Below, piece after piece: positions 26,406 through 38,924 of a stretch of DNA of 64,000 nt (the stretch's first letter is position 1; each line of letters opens with the position of its first letter). The position numbers were made by a program, and so were the translations under genes. The stretch lies in the NCBI RefSeq assembly GCF_009914755.1, contig NC_060940.1. One strand, 5' to 3'. Source of the stretch: the human T2T-CHM13v2.0 reference genome, Homo sapiens. A model generated the notes under the pieces. That model did no database searches and was not told the origin of the DNA. It was given only the letters and a program-made list of their open reading frames with translations.

Positions 26406-28204
26406 TGTCCGCTGATTAATGAGCAGAGCTTGTTGAGCCACCCCTAAAGCAATGGTGTAGAAGAACCCTATCAGAGAAGGCTGAAGTGGATGTAAACATG
26501 CTTCATGGAAGGGAGTTCAGTTTTGACTAAATTCCCAAACGGTATCCGTTAGATGTTTATGTTCAGGTTCCAGAATCCAACATTTTATCCATTTATTTAT
26601 ATTGCCCTCATATTATCTACTTTATAGTCCTAAAAGACATTCCCAGGGATTGTGATTTTTTTTCTTTAGTGGTTCATGTGTCTTAATCGAAGTATAAGGA
26701 ATAAATAGAAATAATAAATGTACAAGTGGAAGCACAGAAATGTAAATTATGTGACTATAATTTACAGGTATTTTACTTCTTGGAGCATCTATATCCCACC
26801 AGTAACCACTGCAAATGCATACTCTTCTTTGTAAGGTTGCATATTTCATCCTAAATGGCTTAAATATCTTTACTTATCCATTTGTAATAAAAAGACTAGG
26901 ACTTAAAGTTAAGTGCATTTGAAAGAAATCGATTGTCAATACTCTGTGCTGCTAATAGAGGGAACATTTTCGCCCCTGAGGTGTTAGTACATTAAGGCAA
27001 AGCTATGTATGTTCTGATTATAAATTCATTAACTATTTACACCTCATTGACTCGCAACTTTTTTTGCCTCTTGATAAGTCTCATTTTTAACCTTCATGGT
27101 TGACTTTAGATGGAGCTATTTAAAACAGCCTTTGTTTTTACAAAATGATTTCTAGTGGAACTTTAGAAAATTTACAGAGTGTTTTTTTTTTATTGGCCTT
27201 TGGATCCCCTATACATAAACAGAGGTTTTGGGTATATCAGACTGTTAAAGATTTAAAAACGAAGTCTTGAGCTTAAGTTTGTAAGCTTTGAAAATTTACT
27301 TATTTTCCTCTGAGCCTCAGTTTTCCTTATCTGTAAAATGGGAATAGTACTACAACTGCCGTGTAGGCTTCTCTGTAGTTAAAGGTCATGTCTCAGGCTT
27401 GGCATAGAGTATGTTCTCAAAAATATTTTTATTTTTACTCTTCTGCACAAGTCCTAAACGGGCATGTAATGACCTCTTGCTGCTCCAAGCAGCAGCAGTA
27501 TGAAGCTTGCATGTGTCTCCCAATTTACCATCCATCAGTGAGTGAGCAAAGCTGGTGACCACTTTTTGCTAATGACCACGCACGCTGAGGACTTGCGCTT
27601 ACTCTCCAAGTTGGAGACGAGGAGGTTGTGATCAGGTCTGGGTTATCATGGACAGTGGTGATCTTGTCATCTTTGTTAGTTTGAGGTAAAATGGTGTTGG
27701 CTGGAACACTCAGCCCAATATGAAGCATGAGAGGAGTGAACTACAATATTTGTAAGGTGGCATCGCCCACACCATCTTGCATTTCTTCACGATGACCCTG
27801 TTGTATGGCTGTTCTGAGGAAGTCACCACTCACTTCCACAGAGCTGTTACCCTGTGCCAGGCACAACGGTGAGAAATTTCTCGTGGATTCTGTCATTTAA
27901 TTCTCCCGACAATGCTGGTTGAGAAGAATCATCACTGAGCTGGATTTGGATCCTAAATTAATTGCTTACTACCTTGGCGACTGTGAGCAAATGTCTTCAT
28001 TTCTCTAGACCTCATCTGTAGAATGAGGATGGTAATCTGGTTTACAGTGTTGTTATGAGGACTCAATGAGAATCTGAATGGAGGTATAGACCTAGTGCCT
28101 AGTGCATAGTAAGGCTAAATGTATGCTAATTGCTATTCATATGTTACTATTAGTAGTTCTGTTACCACCACCACTATCGCCATGTTGGTGAGGATGCTTT
28201 AGAA

Positions 28205-28400
28205 CAGTGGTTCCTACCTGGGAAGATTTTGCCCCTTGGGGAGCACTTGGAAATATCTGTACACATTTGGGAGGAGTACTGGCACTTAATGGGTAGAAGC
28301 CAAGAATACTGCTGAATATCCCACAGTGCCCAGGGAGTCCCTCCACAGCAAAGGGTTATCTGGCTCAAAATGTCAGTAGTGCTAAGTTTAAGAAACCCTG
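28205..28400 (-). mobile_element. MER20
   Basis: CAGTGGTTC...ATTTTGCCCC...CAAAATGTCAGTAGTGCTAAG...AGAAACCCTG. Confidence 0.82.
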
Positions 28401-29509
28401 CTATAGGCAATATGTCATCTTCAACAAGCTAATGCAAAAAGGGGATGTGTCATCTCATGGAACAGGGAATGCAGCAGTATGGTAGTTTTGGAAGCCCGTT
28501 GATTTAGCAGCTTCACAATTTCCTGGATGTTACTGGTCCTTTATTCTTCCCTGCCCTGCCATCTTCAGTATTAATTTGTCCTCAGGCTCATTGCAAGGTA
28601 CCTGTAGGGGGGTCCAGAGGTCAAAATCCCATGAGAAAACATCTGGAAGTAAAGAAAAAAATGTATTTTCCTGTGGCTTTCACTTGGATAAAGGAAATGT
28701 TTCCTAAAATGTGATAACAATCTTCTAGATCACGTGACTGGGAACCTATGACAGTTCCTGAAGCAGTCATTTACAAGGAGAATAGTTCACATATTTGGAG
28801 ATGGGAATCAACTGCACTGTCCATTGTATTAATAGTAACTATTAATATGTTAATTATATCATCATCATCATCATTGTTGTCATTGTCCCCATTTTATGTA
28901 CAGGGAAGTGAATAGTGATGTTTTTTAAAAATCTTGTTTAGCTCACATAGTTATTAAGTAGTAGATATGGAATATGAACGCAGGCTGTCCTACTCATGAG
29001 CTCCGTTCTGTTATTTCTAAAAGATGAATGATAGTATGTTTCATAAAGTTATACTAAATAGCATATAAACAAGCCTGCCCTAAATCAAAGACACAGCTTA
29101 GTTTCTACTTATTATTAGCCAAGAAATTAAGAATTTTTACTTGAATCTGATGAAGCTCAAAATATTTGTTTCCAAAGTGTTCTTTATATAGGCAGGCTCC
29201 CATTTGGTGCTGCAGATTACTGAACCTCCCTTTGTATTTTTTTACTCCAAGACCAATTGGTTAGGAATCTCCACCCTCATGATCATGAATCATTGACATG
29301 ATTCTAAGCCTGGCTACATGGAGATGAGTCCTAGTAAACAAAAAGACAAGCTGTATCATGATTTATGTCTCATGAACCTGGCTCTGACACAAAACTGACT
29401 AAGTTTTGAGTCCCACTCTAACCACTAGCCAGCTCTGTGAGGTTGGGCAAGACACTGAATTTCCTCCTTTCAAGCTTTGGTTTGCTCATCTATTTAAAAA
29501 GGAAATAAT

Positions 29510-29936
29510 TTTTTATGGCTGCATAGTATTCCACGGTGTATGTGTGCCACATTTTCTTAATCCAGTCTATCATTGTTGGACATTTGGGTTGGTTCCAAGT
29601 CTTTGCTATTGTGAATAGTGCCGCATGGATGAAGCTGGAAACCATCATTCTCAGCAAACTATCGCAAGGAAAAAAAAACAAACACCGCATGTTTTCACTC
29701 ACAGGTGGGAATTGAACAATGAGAACACTTGGACACAGCAAGGGGAACATCACACACCGGGGCCTGTTGTGGGATGGGGGGAGGGGGGAGGGTTAGCATT
29801 AGGAGATACACCTAATGTTAAATGACGAGTTAATGGGTGCAGCACACCAACATGGTACATGTATGCATACGTAACAAACCTGCACGTTGTGCACATGTAC
29901 CCTAAAACTTAAAGTATAATAAAAAAATTAAAAAAT
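29510..29936 (+). mobile_element. 5'-truncated L1PA (PA3/4-like) with 5' inversion
   Basis: 29510-29625 antisense ORF2 end, 29626-29936 sense ORF2 end, 3'UTR and A tail; TSD AAAAAGGAAAT(A/C)AT; inside a MIR. Confidence 0.93.
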
Positions 29937-30606
29937 AAAAAGGAAATCATAATGGTACTTACACTGTGAGGACTAAATGAGATGATACAATCAAAGAGCT
30001 TATATAGTAAATACCACATGCTTGTTGCTTTTGTAGCTGTTTTTGTTATCATGACCATTGCTTAAGGTGCTGTCTTTGCTACCATTAGTATTTTCTCCAT
30101 CTTATTAAGGGGATGAAGGCAGGAGAGGAAAAGGAATGAGCCCAAGTAGAAGAGGAAAAACTATCATGTTTACTATTTCAAAGACACATTGAAACAGAGT
30201 GCAAAAGTTGCTGTCTTTTCACAAAAAAGAGACCTCATCTGTGGACACCAGATAGCTCATTCTCAGTATTAAATGCCTTGGTTAATATCAAAACCCTGAC
30301 CTACACGATAGATGGTGAGTGAGTTCAAGCAATCAATAACTATATATTGAGTATCTGCCATGTGCCCAAGGACTGAGGGGGGAACAGAGAATATAAGGTG
30401 CAATCCATTCCCCTGTGGTCCTCAGACTGACTGTTTTAATTAGTTCATTAGTTGACTCCGTTTGTGAGAAAGCCTTCAGGTAAGTCTGAAGACTGAGAAC
30501 TTGTGGGCAAAGTAGGTCTTATATAATATTTAAATTGTGCAAATCATGTTATTGAACCCAGAGTCATTTATGGATACATTTGAGTATTGTATCAACTCTT
30601 CTGTGA

Positions 30607-30967
<361 letters not shown>

Positions 30968-33949
30968 TTCTTAGATTTTTAGATCTTAGATTTTTTTAGC
31001 TTGCTTTTTTCATCCTTTTCCTATTCTGTTTAATATATCACTGATAATCTCTTAAAAATCCTAGAGTACTCTGGAGTAATCTGCAAATCCCTGGAATTCA
31101 CTGGATGTTTACACTGACCTTCTGGAAAAGTTATTAAACAAATATAAGATAATAATGGAGAAAATGGTCATTGAAACATCAGTGAAGGCAGAGTGAAGCC
31201 CAGAGCACTGGCAGTGGAAATCATTATGGTAATGGTGCATCTTGAAAAGCTAACCAGTCACTCTCCACTGCTTGTGGTAAAGCAAATACGCCTTACAAAT
31301 CATTTCAGAGCCTGCCTTGGGCCTTCCCTAGCCCATATCTTTAGTTCCAGCTTCTACTCTCTTGGCTCTTTCACCACTGTCCAGCCCCTTAACTTCAACA
31401 GGACTCTATTTATATTGAACAGATTTGCTGTTCCTAGAAGGAGCTATGCTGTTTTGCTTCAGGCACTTTCATAAGCTGTATTCTCCTTCGGGAATATCCA
31501 TCACCCAACTCTCTGTGGAATTCCTATTTATCTTCTCTATTTAGACATGATCTTCTCTAGAATGCTTTGCCTGACCTTCTGCCCTTCTGCCATATCTGGC
31601 TATAGGCTCCTGTTCCGTATTGGCCAAATGTTTCAAGACAGTTGCAATCACTCATTTATGTGTCTGCATATGCTATTGGACTGTACGCTTCTCGAGTGCA
31701 GAAATTGAGTCTAGTTTATATACTAAATGGTTTACATGGGGGACTAGCCTCAAGAAGGATGCATGTTTGATGACTGAAAGAACAAAGGACTACATAAATG
31801 GATGAGCAGGTTGACTTCTCATTTCATTCCAAAGTGGTTAGCCCATTTAGACAGCAATCTACTGCAGGAAAGAAGGAAGGTTCACCTATCATTTATTGAG
31901 CTTATTATGTGGCTGGTGCTGTGCATCAGGGAACAAATCTTTGATGTAAAGACCTTTTAGTTTAATAGAAGAGAACAACATTTACAGTAAGCTGAGACAA
32001 ATGACAGGGTAAAGGTAAATGGAGGTGTTAGAGGAGTTCGCAAGAACACCTTATCTGTGCCTATGGGGGGCTGGGTAGGGAGTTGAGGGATTGGCAGGGA
32101 GAAAGTGATATTGAAATGGAGATCTAAAAACTAAACAGAAGCTATCCAGGAAAAGAGAGTATGTAAGGGTATTCCTGGTTGGAGGAACAACATATACAGA
32201 AGATTGGATACAACAAGAGAAAAGCCCTCCTGGGTCACAGAGTGAACTTAAAAAGAGCCAGGAGCTGGTAAACCACATGGACAACTTTAGACCTTATCCT
32301 GGGGAATAATGAAGAGCTATAGGAAGATCCTAAGTTTTAAAGTAAGATGATGAAATTTACACTTTAGAGAGCTCTCAGCCAAGCACAAGGCTACAAAGTC
32401 CTTGTTCTTTTTAAACCAGCTTTATGAAAGGTACCATTTTTGACATTTGCTTAGATCACAAATTGGAAAGTATTTTTCATGTCCAGTAGGAGGAGCCAAA
32501 GTCTCCAGGTTCTTTCTAACCATAGCAGGGCGATTCTTGGCCCTAGGTTGTCCTGGGAGCTGTCAACTTCAGCACCTCTCATTTATCTTCCAGTGGCTCA
32601 ACATGGAGAAATGACAGGAAAAACTCTACTTGGAATGCGAAAGGTCATTGTGAGAAAGAAACTAATACTTTCCAAATGAATAGCATAATGGCATGCCATA
32701 TTGATCTTTACTCTAATTTTGTTTTAAATTGTAATGGATGCCTCTCACACTCATATTCTTAAGCCATGTAGCAATACAGGTACCAGTGAGTCATGCCTGA
32801 CACTCATCACTAATCTATCTAAGCCTATTTCTACTCTACAATAAATAAATCAGAGCAGACTCAAGCTGAACTTGATTTTCAGATAGATGAATATGTTTTA
32901 TTTCCAATGGTAAATATATATATGTATTAAAAATAATCAAAGGGCCCAGCAATTACCCATTTTAATGTAACAACAGCTGATGTTACTGCCTTGAATGATT
33001 GCATTCATTTGTTCCTTTCTGGAATAAAAAATGAAGGAGAATAGACAAACAATTCCTGTTGGTGAATTTGCACAAAACAGTATATTCCAACAGAATTTCC
33101 CGTTAACTGCCATTTATTTCTTCTATCATTATTGATAATTTGCTTTTAAATTGAGAATACCTCTTTTACAACCCATCTCATCTCCCTGCATGGCTAGACA
33201 ATTACATTTAAATTCGGCGGTTTTCCCATTGTGAACAGTTTCTGGGGGAAATGATTATGATGTTACCAACCCAGATTTATGGTTTCATTTTGCTATCACT
33301 GAAGGATGAGACTAGTATAAAGAAAAAAAAATTGCTTACATACAAATATATTATTATCAAAGAGAATCCTAAGGAAACATATGGTAAAAATCAACCCAAA
33401 TTGCAAAATCGCTGGGACCAATGATAAAGATATCTTTCTGGATTTTGCAAACTTACTTTTTCAAATGATGATTAAATATTGCGTGCTTTAAAAAGTAATA
33501 TAGTTATAGGCAGAAGTTCCCTTTCTTTTATTCTGAGGTTGAAAGAAACCGCAGCCCGATAGGATTGCAAGAGGAACCCTTAAGGAATCTGCTCCTTGAT
33601 GGGCGCTAGGAAATACACGTACATCTAGTACAAAGGAATGCACATCACATGGCCCCCTGTTTTGGAAAGCTTACAGCATTTCTTATAAGAGGATCCATGG
33701 TATAAGTGCAAACACAGTCACATCACAGGATGGGAAAATGAACAGGCGCCTCAGATCAAGTGCTCAAGGCTGGAATCTGGCCTTGTCCAATGCCACCTGC
33801 CCTTCAGAAGGCAGGGTGGTGCCACATAAAATGAGGTAGACTGCCTGGGGAGTCCTGGTTCCTTGCCAGCTATGTGACCTTGAACAAATTACAACTCACT
33901 GAACCTCAGACTGACTTTATTGTACAACAAAACCCCCTGGAATATTTGT

Positions 33950-34057
33950 GGAAAAAAGAGGAAGGGAGAAAGGAAGGAAGGGAGGAAAGGAGGAAGGAAG
34001 AAAGGGAGGGAGGAAGGAAGGGAGGGAGGAAGGAAGGGAGGGAGGGAAAGGAAAAGG
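33950..34057. repeat. Pure polypurine (GGAA/GGGA) tract
   Basis: 108 nt without a pyrimidine on the + strand. Confidence 0.93.
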
Positions 34058-34859
34058 TAGGGGAAGAGCAGAGTTTCTCACTCCAGTCCAGAGTGGGACC
34101 CAGGAAGGGAGAAATATTGCTTTAATCTCTCTAAGCATCTGTGAAATGGATAAACCTCCAGTATCTACTTCCAGTTGTTGAAAAGACTCCATGTAAAGTG
34201 CTTAAAACAGCATCTGGTGGAAAGTAAATGCTTATTAAGTGCTAGTGTGTATTAAGGCGTCATGGGGCTTCTGGCTGTAAGACATCTGCTAGGAGGACAA
34301 TCCCTAGACCCCTTCAGCGTCCATTGCGGGAGTAGGTGGCCAGGAAGGGGGCAGGACAGGAGAGGCCCAGCTGTGCGGGGTGGGGGCGTCCCAGGCCAGC
34401 CGCACCCACCCCAGCCCTGCATCCCATCCAGCCTGGAGAACTTTTTGAATCTTGGATAGGGCTCGATCTCTGCCTGGCCGGAAGATTTGAAGACTTGCCA
34501 GAAAACTTCCTCAGAGAAGAAATGGACTGGGGCAAGAAGCTGCCTCCACTTGGCGTCTCTAGTGGGGGATTTGTCTACTTTGATTGGGGTTGGGAGGAGG
34601 GCGCTGGTGCTCAATGAGTGAGCCCACCTGGGGACTACCAGGACGAGGACGGGCGCAGGTGAAAGTCCTGGGCTCATTGCCCCAGCATCCAACTTTCACC
34701 CTCTGTCCCCTTTAGGCCAGGAGACCAGGGTACCGGGTCGCGTGTCCGCCGCCGCCGCCCGCTGGAATCCAGGGCTGCACGCGTGACCGCGGCGGCGGCG
34801 GCGCTGGCGAGGGGAAGGGGGAGGGGGCGCTCCCTCGCGCACCAGATTATTTTTGGCTC

Positions 34860-35721
34860 CGCAGCCGGGGCTGCTCGCTGCTTGTCGCGCGCTCACACAC
34901 ACACAGACACACACGCACACACACACATGCACACATTTTCTCGCGCTCTCTCCGGCTCTCCTTTGTTTATTTTCTAATCTATATTTTTACTGGAAGATTT
35001 CCTCTTTATTCTCTCCCGCCCTCCTACAAGCGCTCTTGCTGGCCGTCTGGGTGCACACACCGCTCCCTCGATCACCCCAGCCCCCTTCCTGGTCTCCCGA
35101 GCGCGGGGTTTGAAGGTCACCTCCTTTCCAGTCCCCGTGCGAGCCGCGCTGCCGCCGCCTCCTCCAGCCAGAGTCGGTGGGACTGGCTGCGCTGCCCTGA
35201 AGTGGTTCTCCAAGCAGCGCGGAGGGTGGCGGACGGCGGACGGAGCCCAGGGGCCGCGTCGGGTGGGGAAACCCGAACTCGCGGAGGGGAATCCCTCCCC
35301 CTTCGCCCCAGCCCCCCAGCAGCACCCGCGGTGGGGCGGGGGCGCTCTGCCAGCCCCGGGAACAGCAGAGGCGGCGGCACTGGCTGGACCCACGCGCGCG
35401 CCTCCGGGGCTGAAGAAGGAAGGAGTGAGCCGAGCCGAGCACCCCACATCTGGAGGGGACAGCCAGCCGTGGGCCCCGCCCCGGCGTCCGGAGCAGGAGA
35501 ACTCCGAGCTTCTTGCCCAGGCAGAGAGAGCAGGAGCGGACCGCGCGCCCGGGATTGAGAGTCCTTGCGCTCCAGACCCCCACCCAGTGGCCGCCAGGGT
35601 CCCCGCCTGTCCGGACCCTCGCCGCGCCCAGGCAGGCGCGCCAGGGCGGGGCTGACCTGCCCGCGAAGTTGCGGACAGTGCGTGAGAAACCAGCACCCCC
35701 TTCCGCCGCCTCCAGCTTATG
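34860..35721 (+). other. Putative first exon (long 5' leader ending in ATG); start approximate, gene unidentified
   Basis: Donor ATG|GTGAGT at 35721/35722 inside the CpG island; no ATG between 34930 and 35718; alternative donor TAG|GTAAGT at 35812/35813. Confidence 0.65.
34894..34935. repeat. Interrupted (CA)n in the 5' leader
   Basis: CACACACACACAGACACACACGCACACACACACATGCACACA. Confidence 0.9.
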
Positions 35722-37499
35722 GTGAGTGTGGCTGGGGGTGCAGAGAGCGCACGGGAATTCGGGGGTCTGGGGCCGAGAACGTGACCGCAGCCGGGCTCGC
35801 CGGGAGTTCTAGGTAAGTCCAGGCGGAGTCATTGCCTCTGCACCCACCCTGACCTGGTGGGTCAGGTCCAGAAGGTCTCATGGAGGGAAGCGCTAGGTCC
35901 CCGAGAACTGGCCTCCTCCTAGCGCCAGTCTGGGCGCTCTGGACGGGAACTTTTTCAGGGTGTGTGGAAAGATCTCGAGGCGTGTCCCCCCCTATCCCCA
36001 GGAGGCCGAGACCCTGAGCCCCCTTGTGCGTCGCTTCCAGAAGCACGTCCTTCCTTGCCCCAGAGCGCCCCTCCGAAGCATCCAGGCTACCTCGTCCGTC
36101 CTCCTGGGAGCGAGTCCTAGGTGCCAGGAGCAGCGGGAGCCTGCCTGCGCACTTTGATTAGTCTCCCTGGCCGGCTGCAAGCGTGCACTCAGCGCGCCCC
36201 CGGACCGCTGCCTCCGCCCGCAGGGTGTGCAGGAGGAGGCATCTTAGTGACCCGGGAGGGTGTTTAGGTGCCCCGAACCCCTTGTGGGAGGAGGGGAAGA
36301 GAAGGCTCACTTATGTGGAGAAAGCGCCGCTGTGTTTACTGGCACTGGAATCGATGCCCCGCGGTGCCACCTCGACCCCAGGGGAGGGGGCCAGCCGGGA
36401 AACCTGCGAATGGGAAACTCCTACTGTGCCCCTGGTTCCTGGGAGCCTTAGAGAACCTTCACCCCAGAGAAGGAAACACAGGGGTAGCAGATCTTAGCCC
36501 TGTGTTGTTGTGCAGGCCAGGGGGGGGCTTGTCAGCTCCAATCAACCAATTGTCCAGCTATGGAAGCGAGGGCGGGGCTAGTGGGGCGCCGCTCCCATCT
36601 CCCCACCGCCCAGGAGGCCACTTGGCTGTGAGCTCCTGGAGCCTCCCTGGCGCCAGCTGCGGGGACCAGGTGTCACGCGGAGCCCGGAAGCTGTCCACTC
36701 AGCAAGGGAGGGGAAGACCCCGATCTAACCTTGTCCTGGAGCCCCCAGCTCCATTCCTTGCTGCCAGGGAATGGTCAGGGGGCTGGGAGAGCTCATCGCT
36801 CCTGTGTGGGCCAGAGCTGGGGTGCACCTGCTGGCACTGGAACATCTGGGGTGCGGCTACTGAAGAGCTTGGAAATCCTGGTCAGGCAGTCCGGGCAATT
36901 GGCACCCCAAAGGCGGATCTTTTCAGTTGAACTTGAAAAGAAGTGGGGGAGTGTGGTGAAATAGCTTTGTTGAGTTGAAACATCATGTCTCCTAACTTGG
37001 GTTTTCCTTTATTAGAATAATGATTGTTTATTTTTATTTTTAAACTCCGTTGTGCAGAGAGGCCTGGCCTTGACAGCCCAAGTTTAGGACATGCCCCAGC
37101 CTGCCATCCCTTCCCTGCCCCCTGTCCTAGTTCATCTCCCCTCCATTTATCATTTTATCTTTGTTACAAAAGAGAGAAAAAAAGGATGAGAGGGCCTGGA
37201 TTCTTTCAATTTTTAAGTGACCACAGAGGCCCCGGCTGGAGCTACTGGCAGATTTATTTTTAGCTAAGATCTTTTATGTTCAGAAGCAAAGGACCTGGGG
37301 CCTGTGAAGGGTAAAGATGGTGCTGGCAGTAGCTGTGCTGGTAAAAAGTGGGGCTGACTCAAAACCTGTGTCCTCTTTGAGCTCGTCAGGGAGGCCCTCC
37401 GTTTGGAAGAATCCCCTGGGCTTTCCTTAAGTTAGCTTATGGTTGCCTCGGGTTAGGAAGAAAAGTCATCATTCCTCGCGGTAGTGGAAGTGACACCTT

Positions 37500-37730
37500 A
37501 GGGGTCCAGAGAGTGGAGCTTTATGGCTCAGAAGAGCACAGGGCTTCTGGATCCGTTATCTGCCAGCTGTGTGACCTTGGGCAAGTTGCTTTACCTCTCT
37601 GAGCTTCGGGTTGTCACCTGTAAAATCAGAGTTTCAGTCGTAGTTCTGTCCTCAGAGGGTTTGGGGGTAAATTACTTAAAGCACTAAACATTTAGAACAG
37701 TTTGGCACATGGTAAGTGCCTGAATTCTGT
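37500..37730 (+). mobile_element. MIR
   Basis: AGCTGTGTGACCTTGGGCAAGTTGCTTTACCTCTCTGAGC...CTGTAAAAT. Confidence 0.8.
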
Positions 37731-38217
37731 GAGTTTTGTTTCTTTATTCTTTCAAGTAGATTCCTCTAATTTTTGAGCCTTGTAGCACCGAGTGGTACAG
37801 GAAAGGCAGGTGGCTTGCCTTATACACACACGTTTTCTTTTAAGTAAGGAACAGAAGCCTCAAGCTCTCCCATTCTGCTCTCTGCATGTTCCAAGGAGGA
37901 TCACGGACAAGCTGCCCACCCACTGGCCAAGATATAGGTTGGTGGCATTTGACTTGCTGTCTTGACAAGCACCTGAAATTAAGTTTTTGCAGCAGTTGTA
38001 CATTTCTTCTGACCCACTGAAAGGACTTGATCTCCTTGGCCCCCTGGGATGAAAGTATTACCTTAGCAAATCTGTTTTTTTTTTTTAATTAGAACATCAT
38101 TTATTTAATACATAGAATATTTTGAAAACACAAGAATCGAAGAATATTAGAAGTGGCTTTATCATTCCTCCTGGGATTCACACATTGCAATTAGTATGTT
38201 TAGATATAAAATTTTGT

Positions 38218-38535
38218 GGCCAGGTGCAGTGGCTCATGCCTGTAATCCCATCACTCTGGGAGGCTGAGGTGGGCGTATTGCTTGAGTCCAGGAGTTCAAG
38301 ACCAGCCTGGACAACTTAGCAAAACCCTGTCTGTACTAAAAATACAAACAATTAGATGGGTGTGGTGGTGCACACCTGTAATCCCAGCTACCCTGGAGGC
38401 TGAAGTGGGAGAATCACCTGAGCCTGAGAAGGTTGAGGCTGCAGTGAGCCGATATCACGCCACTGCACTCCAGCCTGGGTGACCAGAATGAGACCCTGCC
38501 TCAAAAACAAAACAAAACAAACAAACAAACAAAAA
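38218..38535 (+). mobile_element. AluJ-like with (AAAC)n tail
   Basis: Full forward Alu. Confidence 0.9.
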
Positions 38536-38654
38536 ACAATTTGTGATAGTATCTAAACAATTTGTGATAGTATTTAATTGTATAAACATATAAACATCTG
38601 TGGCACACATTTGCCCATAAATGAACTGAATGCACAAATACCTTGATCCAGTTT

Positions 38655-38924
38655 TTAGAAAGAATTTTAGTTTTGTTGTGGCAAGAACACAACATGGGCT
38701 GTACCCTGTGAAAAGATTTCTAAGTATATCATACATGACTGTTTTAAGGATAGTATTGTATAGGAGATGTCAAGGAGTTATTTACCTTTACTGCATGAGG
38801 GATTCGGGGATCTAAAAGCGTCAGACTCATAGAAGCAGAGAGTAGAAGGTTGTGGCCAGGGTCTCAGGGGCCAGGGAAATGAGGATTTGCTGATCTAATC
38901 AACAGGTATAAAGTTTCAGTAATG
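38655..38924 (-). mobile_element. Old L1MA-type 3' fragment with inverted 5' part
   Basis: 38655-38796 antisense extreme 3' end; 38807-38924 sense CTCATAGAAGCAGAGAGTAGAA...AAAGTTTCAGT. Confidence 0.7.

Larger units (their letters stand above)
34690..36700. promoter_or_regulatory. CpG island / promoter of a + strand gene
   Basis: Abrupt high GC and CpG density, GC boxes, (CCG)n/(GGC)n, MEF2/TATA-like TTATTTTTGG at 34847-34856, no interspersed repeats. Confidence 0.92.

Noticed and set aside
34548-34568. CTCF-like CCACTAGAGACGCC (minus strand)
   Set aside because: Lacks the conserved GGC core spacing
34860-35721. Gene symbol for the CpG-island gene
   Set aside because: No coding sequence in the window and the leader is not recognised with confidence; BLAT to the human genome would settle it
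34974-36930. Overlapping 180-240 aa ORFs in the CpG island
   Set aside because: High GC suppresses stops on both strands; many starts are non-ATG; no recognisable domain
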